NCBI GenBank assembly: GCA_964478235.1
Contig: CAYZGX010000004.1
Location: 4,320 to 68,319 of the forward strand
Direction: 5' to 3'
Length of the DNA stretch: 64,000 nt
DNA from: an uncultured Gammaproteobacteria bacterium
Lineage (GTDB): Bacteria; Patescibacteriota; Patescibacteriia; Magasanikbacterales; GWA2-37-8
In this document: in pieces, positions 8,376 through 16,835 of the stretch
How the letters are laid out: the number at the start of each line of letters is the position of its first letter
How positions within the stretch are numbered: the first letter of the stretch is position 1
Translations under genes and position numbers: made by a program
The notes under the pieces: generated by a model
Told to the model about the DNA's origin: nothing
The model's database searches: none
Seen by the model: the letters and a program-made list of their open reading frames with translations, nothing else

Positions 8376-10355
8376 TTATTGTCCGGCTGGAGCGAGAGCA
8401 CCAGCAGATGTTGAAGACACCGTCCCAGCTGATGGAGCACAGGTGGTTTGCCCAGCACAACTACCCTTTGGTACGCCGACCATACAGATGCGTGGCAGTG
8501 GTCGGTAGTAACTATCAAATGGTAATTCAATCGTCTCCCCTTCTGGAGTGGTGCGCGTATAGGTGAAGGTGGCATTAGCTCCGCGGAAGGCGTTCTGACA
8601 TTTGGTTTGTCCTGGCTCAAGCGAGCCGTCGTCGATATAGAACGTTTGCTCGTCGCCGGCTGGAATCCATTTTTTCACAATCGGGTGCGTATAGGAACCA
8701 CTGCGACCATCGGGCTTGCCCCACAAGCTGAAGGCAAGTTCTTGTTTTTTATAATCAATCGTCGTGAGTAGAAGAAGGTAATTGCCGGTGTCGTTGGTAA
8801 ATTTAAAATCTAGGTGTGGCTCATAGAGCGTCGCGTCGGTGCCGGGGTTGCCGTTCACCGGATCAGCATAATAGCTCACCACGAGGGAATGATTGCGTCG
8901 CTCGGTAATCGGCATACCGGAGTTCATCGCCATACGGAAAAGGGTTGTCCCCACTTGGCACATCCCGCCACCAATTTCTGGTTTAATCTCCCGGCCTTTA
9001 ATCACCATCTCTGGCAAGAAACCATTTTCAGCGGTAAACGGGCCAGCTGATTTATTAGCAGAAAAAACTTCACCTGGTTTAATAAGCGTACCGTTGAGGC
9101 GCTTCACCGCGAGAGCAATATTTTTAATACGATTAGTGTGACTATCTTTGAAACTAGAATAGCCCGTGCCGATAAGATCGGTAATGCCGAGTTCGTTAAT
9201 GTCAGCTGTTTTGACCGTTGGCTCGACAATTTCTACCACCACACCCACTGTTCGGATGTCTGACGGTGTATTGTAGTTGCGAGCGGAAAAAGCCAAATTA
9301 ACTTGCTTGGCTGTTTCCGAAGCGTTTACTTTGAGACCGGTTTGGCTCCCTTGAAACTCTTCTACTTTGCCATCTTTGATAGCAAATTTTGCTTCTTTAG
9401 CTTCAGTATCAATTGCTGGAGAAACGGTTTCGTGGATAAAATCTCCAAGCATTGTTTCATCAAGCACTAAGACAGGCAGAGCATCAGCATCTTTTACCAC
9501 CGTTAACCAGCTCGCCATATTAGTGCGTGAAATCACCCACTCTTCGCGAGCGTTAGTTTTGTTGTTAACATAATTCAAGCTGAGCGGACCAGCGCTCAAC
9601 ACCAACGGAACATTGCCCACCACTTTTGCCACATCTTGTTTGGTAATGGTTGGTGTCGTGGTTTCAAGAGCGATACTAAGCGGACTAAATGATAAAGCTC
9701 CGAGTGTCTGCTCTATTTGTAGACGAAGTGCTTGGTAGTTAAATGATTGACCATCTTTTTCTGGAACAACGGTCGCTCGTTCGTCTCTACTGACCACAAT
9801 TCGAGCATCGGCTCCCCTGTCTTCAAACGGCGCCAAAATACCTTTCACCATATCTTCCAAGCCGTTTTCTTGAACTTCAACTGGCACGATCACGGTGTGC
9901 GTATTAAAACGAAGACGGAGTGGGGATAAAAATCTAGTGAGCACACTACCGGTGCGTCCTTGGTTGAGAGCTTCGCGAGCGGTAGATTCACTATCGAGCT
10001 GAACAATTTCACTACTCGTGTCACCAGCAACAACAGTGTTAATCACGACCGATTGCGCTTGGCCTTTGAGGTCGGTAAACGAGAGGGTGACACCTTCTTT
10101 GGCATAACGGTTGTTGGCGGTTTCAATGAGTGCAACCACTTCGTTTCGAGATAAACCACCCAGATCAAGCAGGCCGACTTTGACCCCTGGAAAGACTTTG
10201 CTGTCGTAGGACATGTTATAGAGCGCAATTCCCCCAATAGCACCTCCCACAAGCACCACCAGAACCCCGAGAACGCCTAATACCACCCGAAAACGACGTG
10301 GGGGTGGGTTAATGGTGTTTTGTACGGCTGCGGCCGTTTGTGACACGAAATCCAT
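8376..10355 (-). CDS. VanW-family membrane-anchored protein
   Basis: 659 aa. N-terminal TM segment (VLGVLGVLVVLVGGAIGGIAL). The C-terminal region RRNHSLVVSYYADPVNGNPGTDATLYEPHLDFKFTNDTGNYLLL is typical of VanW domains. Confidence 0.7.
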   Translation of the reverse strand: MDFVSQTAAAVQNTINPPPRRFRVVLGVLGVLVVLVGGAIGGIALYNMSYDSKVFPGVKVGLLDLGGLSRNEVVALIETANNRYAKEGVTLSFTDLKGQAQSVVINTVVAGDTSSEIVQLDSESTAREALNQGRTGSVLTRFLSPLRLRFNTHTVIVPVEVQENGLEDMVKGILAPFEDRGADARIVVSRDERATVVPEKDGQSFNYQALRLQIEQTLGALSFSPLSIALETTTPTITKQDVAKVVGNVPLVLSAGPLSLNYVNNKTNAREEWVISRTNMASWLTVVKDADALPVLVLDETMLGDFIHETVSPAIDTEAKEAKFAIKDGKVEEFQGSQTGLKVNASETAKQVNLAFSARNYNTPSDIRTVGVVVEIVEPTVKTADINELGITDLIGTGYSSFKDSHTNRIKNIALAVKRLNGTLIKPGEVFSANKSAGPFTAENGFLPEMVIKGREIKPEIGGGMCQVGTTLFRMAMNSGMPITERRNHSLVVSYYADPVNGNPGTDATLYEPHLDFKFTNDTGNYLLLLTTIDYKKQELAFSLWGKPDGRSGSYTHPIVKKWIPAGDEQTFYIDDGSLEPGQTKCQNAFRGANATFTYTRTTPEGETIELPFDSYYRPLPRICMVGVPKGSCAGQTTCAPSAGTVSSTSAGALAPAGQ

Positions 10356-10361
10356 AGGCGA

Positions 10362-10796
10362 CTAATCCTCAATAACAATAATAGGAATACTACTGGTAAC
10401 AATCGCCTTTGGCAAGTAAATAGCCAAGACGCCATTTCGGTATTCTGATCGCCCCATATCGGCTTTAACATCTACTGGAAGAACGATGGTGCGGGAAAAA
10501 GTTCCCCAATAGCATTCGGTGGTAAAATATTGTGATGCTTTGGGTACTGGCGACAAACGACGACCGCGAATGGTGAGAAAATCGTTGTGGAGATGAAGCT
10601 CAATATCTTCTGGTTTGGTACCGGCCATGGTGGCAACAATAACCAGCTCCTCTGGTGTTTCAGAAACATCCACCGACAACTGGCCTTCTTCATGTTCAGC
10701 GAGACTGCGCTCACCAGCTTGGCGAGCAAGCCAAATAAGCTCATCCGGAGGGCGGATTGGAGCGTTTTTAAAAGGAATAGGATTACTCATGGACAT
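10362..10796 (-). CDS. Hsp20/alpha-crystallin family small heat-shock protein
   Basis: 144 aa with the alpha-crystallin core (LSVDVSETPEELVIVATMAGTKPEDIELHLHNDFLTIRGRR...GVLAIYLPK). The promoter carries tgcTATACT. Confidence 0.85.
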   Translation of the reverse strand: MSMSNPIPFKNAPIRPPDELIWLARQAGERSLAEHEEGQLSVDVSETPEELVIVATMAGTKPEDIELHLHNDFLTIRGRRLSPVPKASQYFTTECYWGTFSRTIVLPVDVKADMGRSEYRNGVLAIYLPKAIVTSSIPIIVIED

Positions 10797-10869
10797 AGAG
10801 AAAAGAGTGGCTACTGAGCAAAGTATAGCACAGAAGGCCGGCGTGGGACAACGCCCCCGCCGAGCCGTA

Positions 10870-10898
10870 TTGACCGATTTATAGAAACTTGGTAGTAT
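10870..10898 (+). promoter_or_regulatory. sigma70 promoter of the tRNA-Phe/tRNA-Pro unit
   Basis: TTGACC (10870-10875), 17 bp spacer, TAGTAT (10893-10898). Confidence 0.5.
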
Positions 10899-10920
10899 GG
10901 TTATGCTTTATTTTGAAGAG

Positions 10921-10992
10921 GCCGTGGTAGCTCATTGGTAGAGCGCTGCCCTGAAGAGGCAGGCGTAGCCAGTTCGATTCTGGCCCGCGGCA
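10921..10992 (+). tRNA. tRNA-Phe (anticodon GAA)
   Basis: Acceptor GCCGTGG/CCGCGGC (one G-U pair), D-arm GCTC/GAGC, anticodon arm CTGCC-CTGAAGA-GGCAG, T-arm GCCAG-TTCGATT-CTGGC. Confidence 0.85.
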
Positions 10993-11019
10993 CAGGGTAT
11001 ATAACCCACCAACAATTTA

Positions 11020-11093
11020 CGGGGTATGGCTCAATTGGCTAGAGCGTCTGGTTTGGGACCAGAAGGTTGAGAGTTCAAGTCTCTCTACCCCGA
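11020..11093 (+). tRNA. tRNA-Pro (anticodon TGG)
   Basis: Acceptor CGGGGTA/TACCCCG, D-arm GCTC/GAGC, anticodon arm TCTGG-TTTGGGA-CCAGA, T-arm GAGAG-TTCAAGT-CTCTC. Confidence 0.85.
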
Positions 11094-11101
11094 CTAATAA
11101 T

Positions 11102-11135
11102 AAAACCGTCCATGATTGGACGGTTTTATTATTTA
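11102..11135 (+). terminator. intrinsic terminator after the tRNA pair
   Basis: aaaaccgtcca-tgat-tggacggtttt followed by attattt. Confidence 0.7.
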
Positions 11136-11270
11136 ACCAACAACCTTACAGACATCCGCACAAACAAAAACAGCCTTGCTAATAAGACTGTTTTTGAAAG
11201 GGTAGCGATGGTTTGCCCCCTCGACAACGGTGTCTCGCTACGATAACACCGAAGTGATACGATTCCTCGC

Positions 11271-11444
11271 CTAGAACGGCGGATCGTCTTTCTCAGGCTC
11301 TTCCGGGGGCGGGGCGGGCTTTTCCTCCTTCTTCATCTTGGGGACGAATCCCCGACACCCGATGTGCCCCAGGGAACCGTAGTAGCCCTGACCACAGAAC
11401 GAGCACGAGCGGTAGCGCAGTTCGTTATCTCGCGAACACGACAT
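11271..11444 (-). CDS. hypothetical 57-aa Cys-containing protein (GC-rich islet 2)
   Basis: MSCSRDNELRYRSCSFCGQGYYGSLGHIGCRGFVPKMKKEEKPAPPPEEPEKDDPPF. GGAGGTG lies 5 nt upstream. A promoter TTGACT, 17 bp, TAGTAT is present on the minus strand. The terminator hairpin aaaaacag...ctgttttt sits at 11168-11200. Confidence 0.5.
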   Translation of the reverse strand: MSCSRDNELRYRSCSFCGQGYYGSLGHIGCRGFVPKMKKEEKPAPPPEEPEKDDPPF

Positions 11445-11551
11445 GTAACACCTCCGAGGTTGAAGTTATTGCCATACTAACGCGCCACTTAGAGAAAGTC
11501 AACAGATTAAAAAACCACCCAATCGGGTGGTTTTGTTTTTGGTGCGGGATT

Positions 11552-11893
11552 TTAGAAGTTGAGCTTTTCGTAGAAACTGCCAACAACTGGCAATGCTTCT
11601 TGTTTGCCTTGAGCTGCTTTGACCAAGCCCATAATCCAGAGGATAAGGAAGGCGAGGGAAACCAAGATCTCAAGACCAAAGAGGAAAATGTATGAGGTAA
11701 CGATATTCCACACCACCCAAGTCAAAAGCAAGCCGAGACTTTGTTTGACATGAAACTTCACAAATGGGTCGTTCTTAGCGTCGGTCAAGAGCGGTACGAA
11801 GAACAAGAAGTAAGCAATAATTGCCATCGTCGTGTTCTTGCCACCGCCAGCTGGTGCTGGAGCTGGTGTTGGGGCTGGTTGCTGTGTGTCCAT
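11552..11893 (-). CDS. DUF4870-like small membrane protein
   Basis: AIIAYFLFFVPLLTDAKNDPFVKFHVKQSLGLLLTW. The start was chosen at MDTQQP to avoid a 32-nt overlap; an upstream ATG at 11962 is possible. Confidence 0.5.
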   Translation of the reverse strand: MDTQQPAPTPAPAPAGGGKNTTMAIIAYFLFFVPLLTDAKNDPFVKFHVKQSLGLLLTWVVWNIVTSYIFLFGLEILVSLAFLILWIMGLVKAAQGKQEALPVVGSFYEKLNF

Positions 11894-11930
11894 ACTAGAA
11901 AAGAAAGAATTAATCCCGAAGGGCGGGAGA

Positions 11931-12290
11931 TTATTTGGAAAAAGCGAGGTAGGCTGGAACAAACAAGTTCACTACTGGAACAATCATAAGCACACCGATC
12001 CAATCTGGTTTGCCGAGGCGTTTAGCAATTTCCATGAAAACCAAGATGGAGATAACGACGTTAACAAGCGGAATGAGGAAGAGCAAAAACCACCACATTG
12101 GCTTATTAGCAATTTTGAGAATCAGGAAAACGTTGACGATTGGTACAAAAGCGAGCCAGCCGTTTGGGGTAGCTGTTTTTTTAGCCATCATCATGAAACA
12201 GACACCAAAATAAATCCAGGTAACGAGGGTAATAATACCCATAACGCCGGCCATCATGCCAGCAACCTGCTGATTGATTTCACCTTCCAT
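11931..12290 (-). CDS. small polytopic membrane protein
   Basis: 119 aa with 3-4 TM helices. No specific family assigned. Confidence 0.5.
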   Translation of the reverse strand: MEGEINQQVAGMMAGVMGIITLVTWIYFGVCFMMMAKKTATPNGWLAFVPIVNVFLILKIANKPMWWFLLFLIPLVNVVISILVFMEIAKRLGKPDWIGVLMIVPVVNLFVPAYLAFSK

Positions 12291-12414
12291 AAGGAAATAC
12301 TATAAAAATAAAAATCTCTCTTACGACAAGAATACCATATCTTGAGGCACGGGGACAATAACCTGTCAACTTGACTATCCCCTATTTTTTGATACACTAC
12401 TCTCCGTCGTAAAA

Positions 12415-12501
12415 GGAGAGATGGCCGAGTGGTTTAAGGCAGCAGTTTACTAAACTGCCGGGCTCGAAAGGGCCTCTAGAGTTCGAATCTCTATCTCTCC
12501 G
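12415..12501 (+). tRNA. class II (Ser-type) tRNA with anticodon loop TTACTAA, formally anticodon ACT
   Basis: Acceptor GGAGAGA/TCTCTCC, D-arm GCC/GGC, anticodon arm GCAGT-TTACTAA-ACTGC, long variable arm GGGCTC-GAAA-GGGCCT, T-arm TAGAG-TTCGAAT-CTCTA. A promoter TTGACT...TACACT lies upstream and a terminator downstream. Confidence 0.7.
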
Positions 12502-12506
12502 CACAA

Positions 12507-12535
12507 AACAAAACACCCTAATGGGTGTTTTGTTT
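12507..12535 (+). terminator. intrinsic terminator after the tRNA
   Basis: aaaacaccc-taat-gggtgtttt followed by gtttt. Confidence 0.7.
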
Positions 12536-12595
12536 TATATTGAATGTGAAAAAAAAGATTCAAATGCCAGAACAACATCGTACGACATATAAAAA

Positions 12596-12625
12596 CAAGA
12601 CGCCCGCCGGATGAAATCCGGACGG
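12596..12625 (-). terminator. intrinsic terminator (minus strand) closing the 12802-13161 gene after a structured 3' region of about 180 nt
   Basis: Minus-strand reading gcccgtccggatttcatccggcgggc followed by gtcttgtttttat. Confidence 0.55.
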
Positions 12626-12801
12626 GCGAGGTGGAAGCGCTGGATCTTCGAACCCGAGTGGGTGTTTAGATCTGCGCCTCTGGCGGGGAGCCTGCTTTGC
12701 GCACGAGCGTGCGCTAGGGGCATCTCCCAAATGCCTAGGGTGGACCGGGGCGGTCGTAGCTAGGCTAAATTGACGGGTAGTACGCACGCTAGAGCAAGGC
12801 T

Positions 12802-13161
12802 CTAGTCGTCGCTATCGTCTTCAGAATCGTCGGCGTCGCCGTCGTCTGAATCCGAGTCTTCGGTATTGCTGGGGTCGTCCTCAGCTTCGTCAGAACTGCA
12901 GTCGTAGCTGGTGCACTGGTCACCGAGCCGATTGTCACGTTCGATTTTTTCGTGGGCTTCGCGCTTGCTTTGCACGTTATTTACATAGCCATACGAAGTA
13001 TCACAATCGCGACAAAGAATCTCATAACTACGAATCTCTGGCCCGTCATCATCGCCGGGAAGCAAATCGTAGATAATCCTTTCGAGCCCGCTCATTGGGA
13101 TGTACTTCAGGTAATACCAGTTACCCATGACACACTCCTCGTGTGAGTTGGCCTGCGACAT
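12802..13161 (-). CDS. hypothetical acidic Cys-containing protein
   Basis: 119 aa with CxxC...CxxxxC spacing (CRDC, CTSYDC) and a poly-acidic tail DSDSDDGDADDSEDDSDD. An alternative start at 13128 has a GAGGAG SD. Confidence 0.5.
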   Translation of the reverse strand: MSQANSHEECVMGNWYYLKYIPMSGLERIIYDLLPGDDDGPEIRSYEILCRDCDTSYGYVNNVQSKREAHEKIERDNRLGDQCTSYDCSSDEAEDDPSNTEDSDSDDGDADDSEDDSDD

Positions 13162-13224
13162 GCGGGCTAACTAAAAAGGATACTAGCAAAAGTATCCCGA
13201 AAAGTCAAGGTAATTGGGCTGTTT

Positions 13225-13665
13225 TTACTCTAATTCAAGCCGAAAATATTCTTGCCCGTTGACCGGGTCGGTGGTTTCCTCAAAACCATATCGTTCCAAA
13301 AACGCTCGTCCCATTTTGGTATCGGCAAGAGCAGTGATGTAGGCGCATTTGCCAGTGCGCGCTTTAGCGACCGATGCTTTGAATAAATCTTCAGACAAAA
13401 CACCGTCACGGAGATCTCGGTCAACTAAAATGACTCCGAAGGCTGCATATTTCACCTTTTCGTTGTCGGTCCGGAATTCATAGGTAACAATCCCCTCAAG
13501 ATTACCCGCCCTGTCCCGACGCTCTTCAACGTCATAACCGTCGAGTGCGGTGTTGATAATATACTCATGCTTATCTCGACCGCCTGGATAATTTTCTTTA
13601 ATAAATTGACTGTATTCAGCGAATTTCGCTTCGCCGGCATCTCGTCGTTCTCCGCGCATAGACAA
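13225..13665 (-). CDS. GNAT-family N-acetyltransferase
   Basis: C-terminal motif KCAYITALADTKMGRAFLERYGFEE, typical of the GNAT acetyl-CoA binding region. Confidence 0.65.
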   Translation of the reverse strand: MSMRGERRDAGEAKFAEYSQFIKENYPGGRDKHEYIINTALDGYDVEERRDRAGNLEGIVTYEFRTDNEKVKYAAFGVILVDRDLRDGVLSEDLFKASVAKARTGKCAYITALADTKMGRAFLERYGFEETTDPVNGQEYFRLELE

Positions 13666-13723
13666 AAAAATACGTTGTAGTTTAGTCTCTACAACGTATC
13701 ATAGTTTGGATAGTTTCAGCAAC

Positions 13724-15184
13724 TTAGAGAGCGCCGAGATCAAGTGTTTGGTCAATCGTCATTGACTCTACAAATTCGTAGGCGTGGCTGACCAGAATAA
13801 CAGCACCTTCAAATTCATCAAGGGCTTTAGCGATAATTGGTAAATGACGGAAGTTAATATGGTTCGTTGGCTCGTCCATAATCAGAAGCCCTGGCTTTTG
13901 GAGCACAAAGCGCGCGTAGCAGAGCAAACCTTTCTGCCCTTCCGAGAGTGAGCCGACTTTATTTTTGAGCATATCTGAAGTGAGGAGAAATTGCGCCGCT
14001 GTCGCATAGATTTCTTGGTTCCATGGTTCGTCCATCATCTCTTCGAGTGCTTGGTAGGCGGTTTTTTCAAAATCTAAACCAGAAAAATCTTGACGGTAAT
14101 AGCCGACGCGCACATCTTTGGTGATAGAAGCTCCCGATTCCTGGCCAGTCGCCAACGCTTCGAGGAAGGTGCTTTTGCCAATCCCGTTTGGACCTTTGAC
14201 GAGAAGACGTTGTTTTTTGCGAAGCGACAGTGGGACACTGAGTGTTTTACGAGTCGGCTCGTGATTAATCATCACCCCAACTGAAGAAATAGTTGCGACT
14301 GCTCCAACAATATCTGTCTGAGCAGGAATAGTGAATTCATTAATGGTTTTATCTTCTTGACGTTCATCTACCATCTCATCTTCGGCTTCGGCCACCTGCT
14401 CTTTGAGCTTGCTCGCCAATTTACGCATCTTACCACCTTTATGCGAGAAAAAGTTTACTTTATCTTTTTTATCTTGAATACTTTTCTTGAGCTGAGCATT
14501 TTTGGCGCGCTCGCGTTCAATCTGCGCTTCAATTTCTCCAAGCACACTGTAATAGTCGCCGATGTACTGCTCCACTTTGTGGGTGTAGGAGTCCAAATAC
14601 AAGACACCGTGAGTGAAGGCGTTCAAAAAGTTAGCGTCGTGCGAGATAACTAAGCAGGTCTTTGGGTAGTCCATCAAAAACTGCGTGAGGTGCTCAATAC
14701 CTTGGGTATCCAAATTGTTGGTTGGCTCATCAAGCAGCAAAATATCTGGCTCTTGAATAAGCGCATAAGCAAGAAGTAGACGTGCCTGCTGACCGCCAGA
14801 GAATTGTTTAATTTTTCGATCGAGCGGAGCGACAAGGTGCACTACTTCAAGCACGTCTTTAATACGCTTCGGCAAATCATACATTTTTTTATCAAAAGCG
14901 GAGGCAAAAAATTCTTCCACAGTTTTTTCCATGTTGTCGCGCTTCATCACCTGTGTCGCAATAGCGATCGTAGCCCCAAGACCAAGATGCACTCCCCCAC
15001 TGTCAGGCTTCAAATCGCCGGTAATCATCTTGAAAATAGTACTTTTACCGGCACCATTTTGCCCCATGATAGTAATTTTGGCATTTTCACGAATAGAAAA
15101 ACTCGCCTCGTCGAGGATAGTTTTGGTATGGTCATAATTAAATGACACTTCGTCAAAGCGGACAATAACGTCGCCGTGGTTCAT
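13724..15184 (-). CDS. ABC-F family ATPase (two fused ABC domains, no TMD)
   Basis: Two Walker A motifs (GQNGAGKST; GPNGIGKST), two ABC signatures (LSGGQQARL; LSEGQKG), and an inter-domain linker. Confidence 0.85.
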   Translation of the reverse strand: MNHGDVIVRFDEVSFNYDHTKTILDEASFSIRENAKITIMGQNGAGKSTIFKMITGDLKPDSGGVHLGLGATIAIATQVMKRDNMEKTVEEFFASAFDKKMYDLPKRIKDVLEVVHLVAPLDRKIKQFSGGQQARLLLAYALIQEPDILLLDEPTNNLDTQGIEHLTQFLMDYPKTCLVISHDANFLNAFTHGVLYLDSYTHKVEQYIGDYYSVLGEIEAQIERERAKNAQLKKSIQDKKDKVNFFSHKGGKMRKLASKLKEQVAEAEDEMVDERQEDKTINEFTIPAQTDIVGAVATISSVGVMINHEPTRKTLSVPLSLRKKQRLLVKGPNGIGKSTFLEALATGQESGASITKDVRVGYYRQDFSGLDFEKTAYQALEEMMDEPWNQEIYATAAQFLLTSDMLKNKVGSLSEGQKGLLCYARFVLQKPGLLIMDEPTNHINFRHLPIIAKALDEFEGAVILVSHAYEFVESMTIDQTLDLGAL

Positions 15185-15295
15185 AGGGTTAAAAAAGGAG
15201 AAACAATGAGGCTATGGTATACCATGAAAAATAGAGAAAGTCAACGTGCGCTAACAAAAACCCCGCTTAGCGAGCGGGGTTTTGCGAGGGTGAGC

Positions 15296-15655
15296 TTATT
15301 TAGCAATATGTATTTCTACGTCCCGATCAAGCGGAGCGGTCACACGCATCGAGGTGACAATATCGTTCCAATACGGTGAACTAAGATTTTCCCAGCGTTT
15401 AACATTTACCCGAATACCGTCAGAGGAGATGACCATTTCCGGCGTTGGTGTGTCGTTATCTGGCGTTGGGCAGACAATATACGTAGAGCCGGCTCCACCA
15501 GAAGCATTGCAGTGTGTTGGAATTTGAAACGTAGCAACACCGCCAATGGTGAGCTCTTTTTTGGAAACAACCTGCTCTTGTACAACTAATTTCTGAGGGC
15601 AACCAGCGCCGGCGAGGATGAGGAGGGACGCAACTGTCAAGATGATTTTTTTCAT
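15296..15655 (-). CDS. hypothetical lipoprotein
   Basis: MKKIILTVASLLILAGAGC, a signal peptide plus lipobox. Confidence 0.55.
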   Translation of the reverse strand: MKKIILTVASLLILAGAGCPQKLVVQEQVVSKKELTIGGVATFQIPTHCNASGGAGSTYIVCPTPDNDTPTPEMVISSDGIRVNVKRWENLSSPYWNDIVTSMRVTAPLDRDVEIHIAK

Positions 15656-15663
15656 AGAGTATT

Positions 15664-16437
15664 TTAAGAATTATTTTTCGGCGGTAACGGAAAAAACATG
15701 CTGACTCTTTTTTTGTATTCCGCAAATTCTGGTTTTTCGACCATTTTCCTTTCTAAAAGAGGAATACCAGAAACTTTCAAAATTAAGAAGGTAATCGTGA
15801 GTGGGCCAATAATTCCAAATGCGCCGCCCGGTACGGTAAGGGCGCTGAGCCCTATCCCCCACCACTGTGTAACTTCTCCAAAATAGTTAGGGTGGCGACT
15901 GTACCCCCACAAACCACTTTGGATTATTTTTCCTTTGTTCAGCGGGTTGCTAATAAAGCGAGCAAGCTGTGCATCGCCAACCGCTTCAAACAAAAATCCT
16001 ACCAACCAAACACCAAAAGCTAGACCGTCTAGCACACCCAGGGGTTGACCAACGTTGCGGTTGACGAGCATCACTGGCAGAGCAATACAATAGAGTAAGG
16101 CGCCTTGTAGAAGATACACTTGCGCGTATGAGCGGAGATAAAACCATTTTCCCCATTCCTGACGCCAGGCGAGGTAGCGATAATCTTCACTCTTTCCTTT
16201 GTTGCGACGATAAATGTGCCAGGCCAATCGTGCGCCCCACACAGTCACTAGACTATTTACTACGAGCCCACGCAACGATGTTTCCTCAGACAAAAAATAG
16301 GCTACCCAGGCTACAACCACAAACCCCAATCCCCAGGCACTGTCCGCAACATCATTTCTTTTTTTGAGCAGAGAAATAACAAACCAAACATTCATGTAGC
16401 CAAATAAGACGACAGCGAGTGCTAAAAAATAGCTCAT
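15664..16437 (-). CDS. DUF1295 / steroid-5-alpha-reductase-like membrane protein
   Basis: Polytopic, with a C-terminal region WGYSRHPNYFGEVTQWWGIGL characteristic of DUF1295/ICMT-like proteins. Confidence 0.65.
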   Translation of the reverse strand: MSYFLALAVVLFGYMNVWFVISLLKKRNDVADSAWGLGFVVVAWVAYFLSEETSLRGLVVNSLVTVWGARLAWHIYRRNKGKSEDYRYLAWRQEWGKWFYLRSYAQVYLLQGALLYCIALPVMLVNRNVGQPLGVLDGLAFGVWLVGFLFEAVGDAQLARFISNPLNKGKIIQSGLWGYSRHPNYFGEVTQWWGIGLSALTVPGGAFGIIGPLTITFLILKVSGIPLLERKMVEKPEFAEYKKRVSMFFPLPPKNNS

Positions 16438-16832
16438 ACACCTAGTTTATTGGCGACGAAGTAAGTTACTGTCGAAACTGAGGCAGCGAGCGTTGCGCCC
16501 CACAACAAATCGACAACAGTGACTAACAACGGCCAATCTTTGAGTGTGGCCAAATTGGTGAGATCGTAGGTGGCATAGGTGATGAAGCCAAATAGCGCTC
16601 CAAGAAGTACGGCCTGTACCCACGAACCTTTTTGAAGAGCCGGCTGAACAACAAACACTACGAGCCCGGCGATAAACACTAGGTAAAAAATAATGGCTGC
16701 AGCCCAGTTAATATCACTCTTCATCAAAAAACCAATCTGCTTGCTATAGAAATTTTTTGCAACAAGCCCGAGCCAAACCATGTCAATTGCAAAAAAGATC
16801 GGCAGGGCAATGAGGTATAACTTGGCAAACAT
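16434..16832 (-). CDS. DUF2177-like membrane protein
   Basis: 132 aa, 4 TM helices, 4-nt overlap with the downstream gene. Confidence 0.45.
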   Translation of the reverse strand: MFAKLYLIALPIFFAIDMVWLGLVAKNFYSKQIGFLMKSDINWAAAIIFYLVFIAGLVVFVVQPALQKGSWVQAVLLGALFGFITYATYDLTNLATLKDWPLLVTVVDLLWGATLAASVSTVTYFVANKLGV

Positions 16833-16835
16833 ATA

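Noticed and set aside
8127-8620. Short ORFs (8127-8345 minus, 8287-8508 plus, 8303-8620 minus, 8321-8566 plus) in and around the sRNA candidate and terminator
   Set aside because: They cross the strong terminator hairpin or overlap the 3' end of the VanW-family gene in other frames. They lack an RBS and look like random translations.
12596-12700. Possible tmRNA or tRNA-like fragment (ggatcttcgaacc resembles a T-loop)
   Set aside because: There is no complementary T-stem, no acceptor-stem pairing, and no GGGG 5' end or CCA 3' end. Only the ubiquitous TTCGAA hexamer matches.
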